Shown here: positions 56,254 through 64,000 of the stretch, in pieces
Position numbering within the stretch: position 1 is the stretch's first letter
Layout of the letters: every line of letters begins with the position of its first letter
Translations under genes and position numbers: made by a program
Sequence record: LR756502.1
Length of the DNA: 64,000 nucleotides
Direction: 5' to 3' (one strand)
Notes under the pieces: generated by a model
The model's input: only the letters and a program-made list of their open reading frames with translations
Database searches by the model: none
Told to the model about the DNA's origin: nothing

Positions 56254-56598
56254 CTATCTTATTAATTTATTTAATTTTGAATCTCTAACCACTGCCTCAT
56301 ACTCTTCTAATGTAAGTTCGGATATCTCATTTCCAAATTCATCATAAATGTAAAATTCATCAAATTGGCATGTCTCACCATCAAGCCTTGGTAATTCACC
56401 GGAGTAACCTTTATATGTCTCCATCGTAATGCCATTGAATAAACCAAACACCTCATTAAATTTATCACCAGCCTTATATTCTGGGAAAATTACCCTATCA
56501 TCAATTACAATTACACATTCTGTTCCCTCAACAAACCATTCCTCCGGTTTGGATATGAACTTACACTTTTTAATAATTTCTAAATACTTTTCGTTCAT
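56254..56598 (-). CDS. Hypothetical protein, tag family
   Basis: Ends VVRDSKLNKLIR. Confidence 0.78.
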   Translation of the reverse strand: MNEKYLEIIKKCKFISKPEEWFVEGTECVIVIDDRVIFPEYKAGDKFNEVFGLFNGITMETYKGYSGELPRLDGETCQFDEFYIYDEFGNEISELTLEEYEAVVRDSKLNKLIR

Positions 56599-57050
56599 AT
56601 TGTGTTAATATTTAATATCTCATCTAATTTATTACCTCTCTTCTGTGATAGTATTTCTGATTCAAATGCTCTAATATCATCTATATGATCAATATTCATA
56701 AGATGATCATCTGATTCACCTCTGTGAATTTTAACACCACACACCTTTTCAAATATATCACAAGGATCTGTATCTATCTCACTCATCCTAAAATCTTGGT
56801 GATGTATACTTGACCTAACCCCTTGCATTCTAAAATAATAATATGTTAATGGTTTACCATCAGCTCTAAATGACCATTCTACTTTAATGACGAATGGGTA
56901 TACTCCTATAATATAATCACCATATACACATAAGTATTCTCTATAGCTTGTGCAATAGAATTTAAGATTATGCACTTCTTTCAAGTCTATAACTTTATTT
57001 GGTAAAGGTGGTTTTTCACCTGATAAATACATATGTTCTTCAATCATCAT
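56595..57050 (-). CDS. Hypothetical protein, tag family
   Basis: QKRGNKLDEIL. Confidence 0.75.
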   Translation of the reverse strand: MMIEEHMYLSGEKPPLPNKVIDLKEVHNLKFYCTSYREYLCVYGDYIIGVYPFVIKVEWSFRADGKPLTYYYFRMQGVRSSIHHQDFRMSEIDTDPCDIFEKVCGVKIHRGESDDHLMNIDHIDDIRAFESEILSQKRGNKLDEILNINTI

Positions 57051-57309
57051 TTAATAATTCGTTTAAATTATTATTTCTAAATTCTGCCTGTGTAATGAAA
57101 CAATTGGCTCCTATCTTTCTTAAATGACCATCATTACATTTAACCACATATGATGAATCAGTTGGTTGAAGTGTATTTGGATCATACATAATAGGTGTTA
57201 GTTCACCTTCATACCAATTTCCTGGTGTGAGTATTTTCTCACTTACTAAAAGGTTCTCCAATTGGTACTTTAGTGTAAATTTCCAATCATTCTTTAGTAA
57301 TAATCTCAT
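57040..57309 (-). CDS. Hypothetical protein, tag family
   Basis: EFRNNNLNELL. Confidence 0.75.
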   Translation of the reverse strand: MRLLLKNDWKFTLKYQLENLLVSEKILTPGNWYEGELTPIMYDPNTLQPTDSSYVVKCNDGHLRKIGANCFITQAEFRNNNLNELLNDD

Positions 57310-57662
57310 ATCCCTAATTCGTTTAATTTAATATTCCTCTTATACGCCAATTCATCTTCTGATTTAATTATCTTAACCTTATGATTTTCCATAAAGAAAG
57401 CACAAACGTGGCCATTGATACCATCATTTATTTTAAACTTAATCTCAGGATCACCAGCATGAGAGGTAGTTAAGTGAATGGTAAAGTAACTAATATTATG
57501 ATACCATTGAATATAATATTTACCATTTGATGAATTGTAATAAGTCCAATCACCCTTTGTATATTGGTTATTCCTTTCTACCTCTATCCAAGCATTAGAT
57601 ACAAGTATCCTATACTTCTTGTATAAAATATAATAAAATATATGATGTAAATAATAACTCAT
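57306..57662 (-). CDS. Hypothetical protein, tag family
   Basis: Ends YKRNIKLNELGI. Confidence 0.75.
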   Translation of the reverse strand: MSYYLHHIFYYILYKKYRILVSNAWIEVERNNQYTKGDWTYYNSSNGKYYIQWYHNISYFTIHLTTSHAGDPEIKFKINDGINGHVCAFFMENHKVKIIKSEDELAYKRNIKLNELGI

Positions 57663-57841
57663 ATTAGATTAACAGTTATAAATACATCATTCTTATAATA
57701 CCAAAAGCTCGTCCAATTTCTAAAGGCATATCCTAGATTAAAACCAACCAACAAACCATCCTCATTACAACTTGGAATAAATTCACTTCTTAGTAAAGAA
57801 ACAAACTCCTCCCTTGTATTAACATTTATAATCTTATTCAT
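57659..57841 (-). CDS. Hypothetical protein
   Basis: 60-aa ORF, ATGA-coupled. Confidence 0.6.
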   Translation of the reverse strand: MNKIINVNTREEFVSLLRSEFIPSCNEDGLLVGFNLGYAFRNWTSFWYYKNDVFITVNLI

Positions 57842-57842
57842 A

Positions 57843-58274
57843 TTACATTCCTATTATACCATTTATTTTCTTTTCCCGTTCTCTTCTTACTATATAATCA
57901 TTAAATGGTATCTGAGTACCATCAAATTTTAATTTTAATATCTTATGGCCATACCGAATACAATATGTATCACATTGAATCTCCCACTTATTTACATAAC
58001 CAGTCATCAAATTATTATGTAAACTACTGGCAAATATACTACCATTTAATTCACCAATTTTCACAATTAACTTCAGTAACTCATCCACCTCAATATAAAA
58101 CTCCTCTATTGGTAAATCAAACCCTTCAGTCATCTCAGATCGAATCTTATGATCACCATCACTACCATTGTGTAATAAGACCTGATTTATACTACGATCT
58201 CTTACATCAATATGTCTCTCTAAAATATTCGGTATTTGAAACTTACCTAATGCCGATTCCCCTAAGTTTTTCAT
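57843..58274 (-). CDS. Hypothetical protein, tag family
   Basis: Ends REREKKINGIIGM. Confidence 0.75.
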   Translation of the reverse strand: MKNLGESALGKFQIPNILERHIDVRDRSINQVLLHNGSDGDHKIRSEMTEGFDLPIEEFYIEVDELLKLIVKIGELNGSIFASSLHNNLMTGYVNKWEIQCDTYCIRYGHKILKLKFDGTQIPFNDYIVRREREKKINGIIGM

Positions 58275-58755
58275 CTCTTATTTCACTTTTTGTTTTCCAA
58301 TATTTTCTAGACTCAAAATATTTAATATGTATTCTCTCCTTCATATTGGATCTTAAATCTATTTCCCAATCCCCATATTCATACTTTAACCCAACTACAC
58401 TCCATTCTGACCCAACTCTTATATACCAGTGGTTTGGCTTAGCACCCGGTCCATGTGGAGGAACCTTCAAAAATGAACCATCCCAGAAGAATTCCTTCTC
58501 TATAACAAATATTTCACCAACCTCAGGCAGATTATAAATATCCTTCTTAAACCCCCAATCCCCTGTTTGAAACCTCATCCTAACCAAAGTAAATAAAACA
58601 ACAATTAATATTGGAATAACACCATAAACAGGATTACCAAATTGTAAAGATATCATTGAAAACCCAACCACAAAAAGCATTATAAAAAACTTAAATAGCT
58701 CATTTTTATCCAACCAGATATTTATCTTATATAACCTATTGTTTAACCTAATCAT
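58243..58755 (-). CDS. Two-TM membrane protein, tag family
   Basis: N-terminal TMs; EIRDEKLRGIGI. Confidence 0.75.
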   Translation of the reverse strand: MIRLNNRLYKINIWLDKNELFKFFIMLFVVGFSMISLQFGNPVYGVIPILIVVLFTLVRMRFQTGDWGFKKDIYNLPEVGEIFVIEKEFFWDGSFLKVPPHGPGAKPNHWYIRVGSEWSVVGLKYEYGDWEIDLRSNMKERIHIKYFESRKYWKTKSEIRDEKLRGIGIR

Positions 58756-58867
58756 ATCCTATACCCTTTCCACCATAAATCTATACGAAAAAACCATTTA
58801 CCCTTGTTCTTACCAAATCCAATTCGCAACATACGATTGTCCTTATCCAATATAATTGTATCTATAA

Positions 58868-59146
58868 TCATAATATCTTATCTATTTTATCATCACGTTT
58901 AACACCCTTCAAGTATGGACAACAATCCGGTGTTTTATTATTATATAAATTATAATAAGAGAATATAAATTCATCCTCTTTGATCTCTTCGCCTATTGAA
59001 CTCATAGCTTTACAAACGGTTTCATAAACTGGGTGTTGACCACTTCTAACCATACTATGATCATAAAATCTACAACTAATACAAGAGTAAAACTTTTGCT
59101 CAGGTATAGTTACCTCCTTTGGCCCAATATCACTTCCAAAACTCAT
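58868..59146 (-). CDS. Cys-containing hypothetical protein, tag family
   Basis: Ends VKRDDKIDKIL. Confidence 0.78.
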   Translation of the reverse strand: MSFGSDIGPKEVTIPEQKFYSCISCRFYDHSMVRSGQHPVYETVCKAMSSIGEEIKEDEFIFSYYNLYNNKTPDCCPYLKGVKRDDKIDKIL

Positions 59147-59502
59147 ATCCCTAAATCATTTAATAATTTATCCCTTTTATATGTCTTGGTAAAGTCTGGA
59201 TTCTCTAAACCATATATTTTTGTAGGTACTGATAAAATAGCTTCTCTTAGTTTAACACTAGCATCATATACACCTTGACATAAATCTATAATGAAATGAT
59301 TAGTTGCCATCCAATCTAATTCATTAGTTATAAAATAGTAAATATCAATATCCATTTGTCTGTATACAATATCAACTCTGATTTTGTTACCCATCAGCTT
59401 GTAAGTATCTGATTTTACCTCTATCCTAAATCCATTCGGACCATTTAGTGTGAATCCTGCATCTTTTGGTCTTTCCAATAGGAATAGATTGCTACAATTC
59501 AC
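59143..59502 (-). CDS. Hypothetical protein, tag family (true start may lie upstream via a frameshift)
   Basis: Ends YKRDKLLNDLGI. Confidence 0.65.
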   Translation of the reverse strand: MNCSNLFLLERPKDAGFTLNGPNGFRIEVKSDTYKLMGNKIRVDIVYRQMDIDIYYFITNELDWMATNHFIIDLCQGVYDASVKLREAILSVPTKIYGLENPDFTKTYKRDKLLNDLGI

Positions 59503-59649
59503 ATGCTTTTATAGAATAATCTTTACTCTCCCTATCACCTTCATGCTGCCAACCATTCTTCCAAAAGTATGTTTTATAGTCAATAATTATATTGTCTACC
59601 TTATCGTATAGTTCATTTATATCGTTTTCGCAATCCATTTCTTTTAATA

Positions 59650-59874
59650 CTAACTTATCCCAATTTCATTTAATAATTTATCCCTATAATCCAAAATACA
59701 CATAAACCTTTTAGATGAGTAATGTTTCTCTTTACCAGCATCATTTATAACCCAAACACCTGTATATGGAATATTTGAACCTTGATGAGTACCACTATTT
59801 GTTCTAGTGATATTATACCTCTTACCTAACTCTAGATTCTTTATCTTACCCTTATTTATACATATACATATCAT
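59650..59874 (-). CDS. Hypothetical protein, tag family
   Basis: MICICI start; DYRDKLLNEIGI. Confidence 0.75.
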   Translation of the reverse strand: MICICINKGKIKNLELGKRYNITRTNSGTHQGSNIPYTGVWVINDAGKEKHYSSKRFMCILDYRDKLLNEIGIS

Positions 59875-60188
59875 ATTCCCAATGCTTCTAAGTTCTTATT
59901 GCGTTGATAATGCTTCTCATCTATAAACATATTAGTCCAAGGCTCTGTCTCACCAATCTGACCCCACCACCAATTTGTATTATCAATCCATTTAATACAG
60001 ATCTCATGATCCTTTACACGTAAAGCGTAATAGCTTGATAAGTTCGTTCTTGTATCTATTACTTCAAATGGCCTGTTTACTATCTCATCAAAAGTAAATT
60101 TAAGACCAGTGAATGTATATTCATTCTTCTCATTTAGCTTAATCTTACTTGGATCAAGATATAATATATCACCTACTTTTAATCCCAT
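59871..60188 (-). CDS. SH3-like hypothetical protein, tag family
   Basis: MGLKVGDI; ends YQRNKNLEALGI. Confidence 0.78.
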   Translation of the reverse strand: MGLKVGDILYLDPSKIKLNEKNEYTFTGLKFTFDEIVNRPFEVIDTRTNLSSYYALRVKDHEICIKWIDNTNWWWGQIGETEPWTNMFIDEKHYQRNKNLEALGI

Positions 60189-60457
60189 ATTCCTAATTCT
60201 TTTAGTTTATCTTCTCTCTGTTCTATCTTAACAAATTCTCTAATTCTTTTGGCTACTATATTATACTTATCACTATAACACATCTCTCTACCATAACTCA
60301 TATAACTAACAATAAAAGCACCTTCTGAATTAAAATCAATTGAAATTATGTAATCAACCTTTGATTTTATTGCATGTCTTACTAGGTCAGTTATTTCATT
60401 TCTAAACATAACCTTATGATAGTCCAACCCATTAATACATTTAATTTTAGTTATCAT
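60179..60457 (-). CDS. Hypothetical protein, tag family
   Basis: EQREDKLKELGI. Confidence 0.75.
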   Translation of the reverse strand: MITKIKCINGLDYHKVMFRNEITDLVRHAIKSKVDYIISIDFNSEGAFIVSYMSYGREMCYSDKYNIVAKRIREFVKIEQREDKLKELGIWD

Positions 60458-60463
60458 ATAGAC

Positions 60464-60838
60464 TTATAAATCACCAGTTACTTTAGTTGCTAAGAAATAT
60501 CCATCAGATACAACATATCCTTCAATAAATATAACATAGTCTTTATAGTTATCTTCATCAGATTCCAATGATAAATCATTAAGAACATATTCTACTTTCA
60601 TTAAACCACTATTACCAATAGCTGAGTAGGATACAATATCTCCACCATTTTGGTCATATATTGTTCCATATTTACTTTCAATATAGTCTTCATATGATAA
60701 CCATATGTCGGTTGGCTCAGTGTTAAAGTCCGGTATTAGAAATTTAGGGTGCCCTTCTCCAAATACTAATTCTCTTTGTCTACCAGCATCTGTTATTATA
60801 GTAACGCCGGTTAAGTTTGGTGTGTAGTTTAGTTCCAT
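60464..60838 (-). CDS. Hypothetical protein (untagged, behind a TATATA element)
   Basis: 124-aa ORF. Confidence 0.75.
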   Translation of the reverse strand: MELNYTPNLTGVTIITDAGRQRELVFGEGHPKFLIPDFNTEPTDIWLSYEDYIESKYGTIYDQNGGDIVSYSAIGNSGLMKVEYVLNDLSLESDEDNYKDYVIFIEGYVVSDGYFLATKVTGDL

Positions 60839-60872
60839 TTTTTATATTTATATATGTTTTTAAATTTTAATA

Positions 60873-61364
60873 TTATATCCCTATTTCTTGTAATCTCTTT
60901 TCTCTAATATACTTTTTTAAGTAAGGAACCATATCCTCATATAACCTATCATTTCTTCCACACTCCTCACCAACAATATGGTAACAACCACTATTATCTA
61001 TATAACTACCACCTGACTTGTAATATCCGAAAGTAGTTTCAATTCTAATATAAATACTATTACTCTCAGGAACAAATAAAAGACCACTCATCTTAACCGA
61101 TCTAATGAAAGTACCAACTGACCTCCATCCCTTTTCATCTTCTTGTGGTGGTAATTTAAAGACATGATTTGTTTTCATCTCCTGCTCACAATAAAACTCA
61201 AGTCTATATAGAATTGAGTTCCAAGTCTTATTTAATGGATAAGGTAGATCTGCATCAGTTAGCTCTTCTTGAGAACCTCTTCCACATCCATATATCCCCT
61301 TAAATATCTCACTATCTAGTGAAATGAAATTTTTAGAGTTTATGTCTATCATATCAAACATCAT
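60873..61364 (-). CDS. Hypothetical protein, tag family
   Basis: Ends YIREKRLQEIGI. Confidence 0.78.
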   Translation of the reverse strand: MMFDMIDINSKNFISLDSEIFKGIYGCGRGSQEELTDADLPYPLNKTWNSILYRLEFYCEQEMKTNHVFKLPPQEDEKGWRSVGTFIRSVKMSGLLFVPESNSIYIRIETTFGYYKSGGSYIDNSGCYHIVGEECGRNDRLYEDMVPYLKKYIREKRLQEIGI

Positions 61365-61368
61365 TAAC

Positions 61369-61695
61369 TTATTTAAATAGTATCTTATTTATTCTAATCT
61401 CCCTTAATATAGGAGTAAGAGATTCTCTTATCAAGTCACTCAAAGATTCACCTCCACTACGCGATTTCGTAGGTTTTGGATGCTTATTATAAACATAGTT
61501 TTTCTCACCAGTCTCAAAAGACTTTTTTCTTATATAATTAGAGTTTATTAGATAATTACCAACTCTAATTGGTATTCCAAATGATCTTCCTTTACCATAT
61601 TTATTTAAAACATAACTAAGTCCACTCTTGTCGTTAGTTATTGTTAGTTCCATATCACTGAATACCTCTTCTATCAACTCTTGTTCCTTATTCAT
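61369..61695 (-). CDS. Hypothetical protein, tag family
   Basis: Ends ILREIRINKILFK. Confidence 0.75.
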   Translation of the reverse strand: MNKEQELIEEVFSDMELTITNDKSGLSYVLNKYGKGRSFGIPIRVGNYLINSNYIRKKSFETGEKNYVYNKHPKPTKSRSGGESLSDLIRESLTPILREIRINKILFK

Positions 61696-61866
61696 ATTCC
61701 TTCTACTAACTTATATTACCTCTGATTCTTACTTTACTCTTTATTACCCTTACTCTTCTTATTTATTTCCTTCTACTTTAGTCTGACCACTTTTATTTAT
61801 TTCGAAGTTTAAAAAAATTTTTCCGTGTCTCCTCCCGACTTCGTCGGAAAAGAAAATTTTCCAGGA

Positions 61867-61954
61867 ATCTGCCCACCATCTGCCCACCATCTGCCCACCA
61901 TCTGCCCACCATCTGCCCACCATCTGCCCACCATCTGCCCACCATCTGCCCACC
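61867..61954. repeat. Perfect tandem repeat (ATCTGCCCACC) x8
   Basis: Units start at 61867, 61878, ... 61944; GC-rich in an AT-rich intergenic gap. Confidence 0.97.
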
Positions 61955-61977
61955 ACAATCCTAATTAGGAAAGATAA

Positions 61978-62430
61978 CTATAAACCCATACCCTCTAACC
62001 TTAAAACCCTCATCTTACACACCATATTATTAAGTATCACATAACTTAAACCACTAACAGTAGCCTGATTAGGACCCGTAAGAAACTTAAAAGCTATACG
62101 ATGAACCTCCTCACCATCATCAAAATATCTATTAATCAAATCTATATGATCTATATAAACATCAGCATAAGTTTTAGTTAAGAAACCATCCTCGTCAAGA
62201 TCATCAACCTTATGACCAACATACCGATCTATTAAATCCCTTCTCATTAACTCAACAACATCAAACTTATCCCATACATACACTAATCCATTCACACTAA
62301 GTACACTAATACTACCCATTACCAATCTAACCTCTTCACTATCCATATACAATAACCTCCATATTATTACCCAATAAACAACCCAAACGATAATCACGAT
62401 AATATGATAATAAGTGAAGATCCAATACAC
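61978..62430 (-). CDS. Two-TM membrane protein, divergent tag
   Basis: Hydrophobic N-terminus; ends KMRVLRLEGMGL. Confidence 0.7.
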   Translation of the reverse strand: MYWIFTYYHIIVIIVWVVYWVIIWRLLYMDSEEVRLVMGSISVLSVNGLVYVWDKFDVVELMRRDLIDRYVGHKVDDLDEDGFLTKTYADVYIDHIDLINRYFDDGEEVHRIAFKFLTGPNQATVSGLSYVILNNMVCKMRVLRLEGMGL

Positions 62431-62671
62431 TAATAGTTAACGTATTAACATCCGGTACATAAACTATAACACCATCCATATTAACAATACTATAACCACT
62501 CCATACTATATTAATAAAATTAACAACAATATCACTATCATAATTCACAGCAATAGAAGATGATTTATCCAAACTCCAACTATCAACTTGACCTAACTCA
62601 TGACCAACATGACCATACTCAGTATTAATAATATAATACAATAAAAAGTCCCTATCATTAACCATACTCAT
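62339..62671 (-). CDS. Hypothetical protein, divergent tag
   Basis: YYRDYRLGCLLG. Confidence 0.65.
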   Translation of the reverse strand: MSMVNDRDFLLYYIINTEYGHVGHELGQVDSWSLDKSSSIAVNYDSDIVVNFINIVWSGYSIVNMDGVIVYVPDVNTLTISVLDLHLLSYYRDYRLGCLLGNNMEVIVYG

Positions 62672-62672
62672 C

Positions 62673-63140
62673 TTATGATAATAAAATATTTAACTTGTAA
62701 TCCCTATAACTAACTAATAAACTTGATAATGTTACACGGGTAATCCTAGATAAACCATTATGCACAATACCCAACTCCCTCTGAATAGATGAACTAATAT
62801 ACTCCACATCACTATGAATAGAATTATCACACAATATTTGTTTATTATTAAGCTTCTGAGTAATGTATGGAATCAATGGATTTCCAAATAGCTCATTCAA
62901 ATCAATATTATCACAAACCCAATAGACTCTAATAAACTTATTACCCCAAGCATTATCCCTCATATCATATGAGATTAATCTAATACTACTATCCAATACT
63001 ATCGGTTCAATATTGTTCCATGAATTAGAAATAAACATATCTATACCAATACTAATAAAATACTTTAGAAATAACTCAAATGACTCCTTACCTCCAATAG
63101 TGGTAATTAAACTATCAATTGTATCTATATTATTATCCAT
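62673..63140 (-). CDS. Hypothetical protein, tag family
   Basis: Ends SYRDYKLNILLS. Confidence 0.75.
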   Translation of the reverse strand: MDNNIDTIDSLITTIGGKESFELFLKYFISIGIDMFISNSWNNIEPIVLDSSIRLISYDMRDNAWGNKFIRVYWVCDNIDLNELFGNPLIPYITQKLNNKQILCDNSIHSDVEYISSSIQRELGIVHNGLSRITRVTLSSLLVSYRDYKLNILLS

Positions 63141-63145
63141 ACCTA

Positions 63146-63340
63146 TCAGAACTGAACGATATAATGCACACCATGTGCAGGATATTTAATATAACACAAT
63201 AATATAACTAAACATAATAATAAAATAAAAAAGAATGTAGGAATACGCTCTATCAAATCAACTTGAATAGACCTATATCCAATCCTTCTACTCTCTCTAA
63301 TACCTCTAATATATTTTAATACTCGTTTCATAATAATCAT
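63146..63340 (-). CDS. Small membrane protein
   Basis: Basic N-terminus plus one TM. Confidence 0.55.
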   Translation of the reverse strand: MIIMKRVLKYIRGIRESRRIGYRSIQVDLIERIPTFFFILLLCLVILLCYIKYPAHGVHYIVQF

Positions 63341-63389
63341 ATAAATAAAATTAATAAAAATAGTTAGTTAAATCCAATACACTAATACA

Positions 63390-63860
63390 CTATATAATAG
63401 ATAATCGATGAGTATCTGATGCTCTTTTATATTCCGAAAAATTCTTTTTTAAACCATCATCTTCAGATGATAGTATAAGATTTAACTTATGATTCCTTAT
63501 ATACATAACAACATAATCATAGTTAAATATAGTATCAATCATTATAGGCATCTTATATTTCTCAGGGTATGTTAGCGATGTTATTAATATCCCCTTCTTA
63601 CTTATATACAAAGAATCACTTTTAAAAGTCCTTGTACTTATCACTGATGTATCTGATGTAATACACCATAGTTCAACATTTTCTTCAACCTCCCCATTAA
63701 TACTTGGGTAAGGCGTATCTAGTACCCAGTTCCAATACATAACATCACTCGGATCATTACACATAATACTCATCACTTTACTGACAATTTCTGTGTATAA
63801 TGGAGCATATAATAATATGTCTGAGAGTACTAATTTTGATATTTTCTCTAAATCGGTCAC
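63390..63860 (-). CDS. Hypothetical protein, tag near the C-terminus
   Basis: YIRNHKLNLILS. Confidence 0.7.
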   Translation of the reverse strand: MTDLEKISKLVLSDILLYAPLYTEIVSKVMSIMCNDPSDVMYWNWVLDTPYPSINGEVEENVELWCITSDTSVISTRTFKSDSLYISKKGILITSLTYPEKYKMPIMIDTIFNYDYVVMYIRNHKLNLILSSEDDGLKKNFSEYKRASDTHRLSII

Positions 63861-64000
63861 TTTTTAATCAATTTGAGGTAAATATAAGGAGAAATTTTAA
63901 TATAATGATAAATATACAAAAATATGCACGAATTTTAGTATAAATAGGACATTTACTCTATAATTAGGTCTATAATTTGAACAGGAAAAAGACACTAATT

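Noticed and set aside
481-59650. Apparent programmed frameshifts at about 740, 51350, 52205 and 59500
   Set aside because: Single-nt offsets in short A/T runs without convincing slippery sites or stimulators; sequencing indels or pseudogenisation are more likely. Needs read inspection.
61867-61954. Possible CRISPR array
   Set aside because: Repeats are contiguous with no spacers and the unit is only 11 bp.
61759-61956. ORF MVGRWWADGGQ... in the track
   Set aside because: Translation of the 11-bp tandem repeat; not a credible gene.
1-64000. Genome-wide TAG recoding (code 15), suggested by the CUA tRNA
   Set aside because: Long genes (EF-G, Cca, VWA, 622-aa ORF) are intact and densely packed under code 11, and TAG ends genes at natural boundaries.

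Overview
AT-rich, densely coding window that reads as part of a large (jumbo-type) tailed phage genome, probably infecting a Bacteroidota host. Both assignments are inference, since no capsid, terminase or replicative polymerase gene lies in the window. Support comes from repeated TAnnTTTG promoters, a T9SS type-B sorting domain, a Bacteroidota-like EF-G, homing endonucleases, CCA-less tRNAs and over 100 short co-oriented ORFs. Recognisable genes: EF-G with an upstream leader peptide, CCA-adding enzyme, 2H phosphoesterase, dephospho-CoA kinase, N4C/N6A DNA methyltransferase, RNase HI, UvsE, NADAR, LMW phosphatase, BtpA-like and nucleoside-deoxyribosyltransferase-like proteins, a metallopeptidase-VWA protein and two homing endonucleases. 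RNA genes: tRNA-Ile2/Met(CAU), tRNA-Arg(UCU), an atypical CUA-anticodon tRNA and a roughly 210-nt minimal RNase P RNA. Main unexplained patterns: (1) about 60 otherwise unrelated ORFs end in one shared peptide, R-[DNE]-x-K-[LI]-x-x-[LI]-G-I; (2) a separate set of about 14 ORFs starts with a T4 capsid-targeting-like peptide (MK-x-LK-x-F/Y-x-E), often behind a TAATATATA element; (3) an integron-like attC/cassette array without an integrase at 0.85-2.0 kb; (4) tagged, degenerate copies of a gp55-like sigma, a gp32-like SSB and a PolB palm; (5) an 8 x 11-bp GC-rich tandem repeat. No CRISPR array or rRNA was seen.
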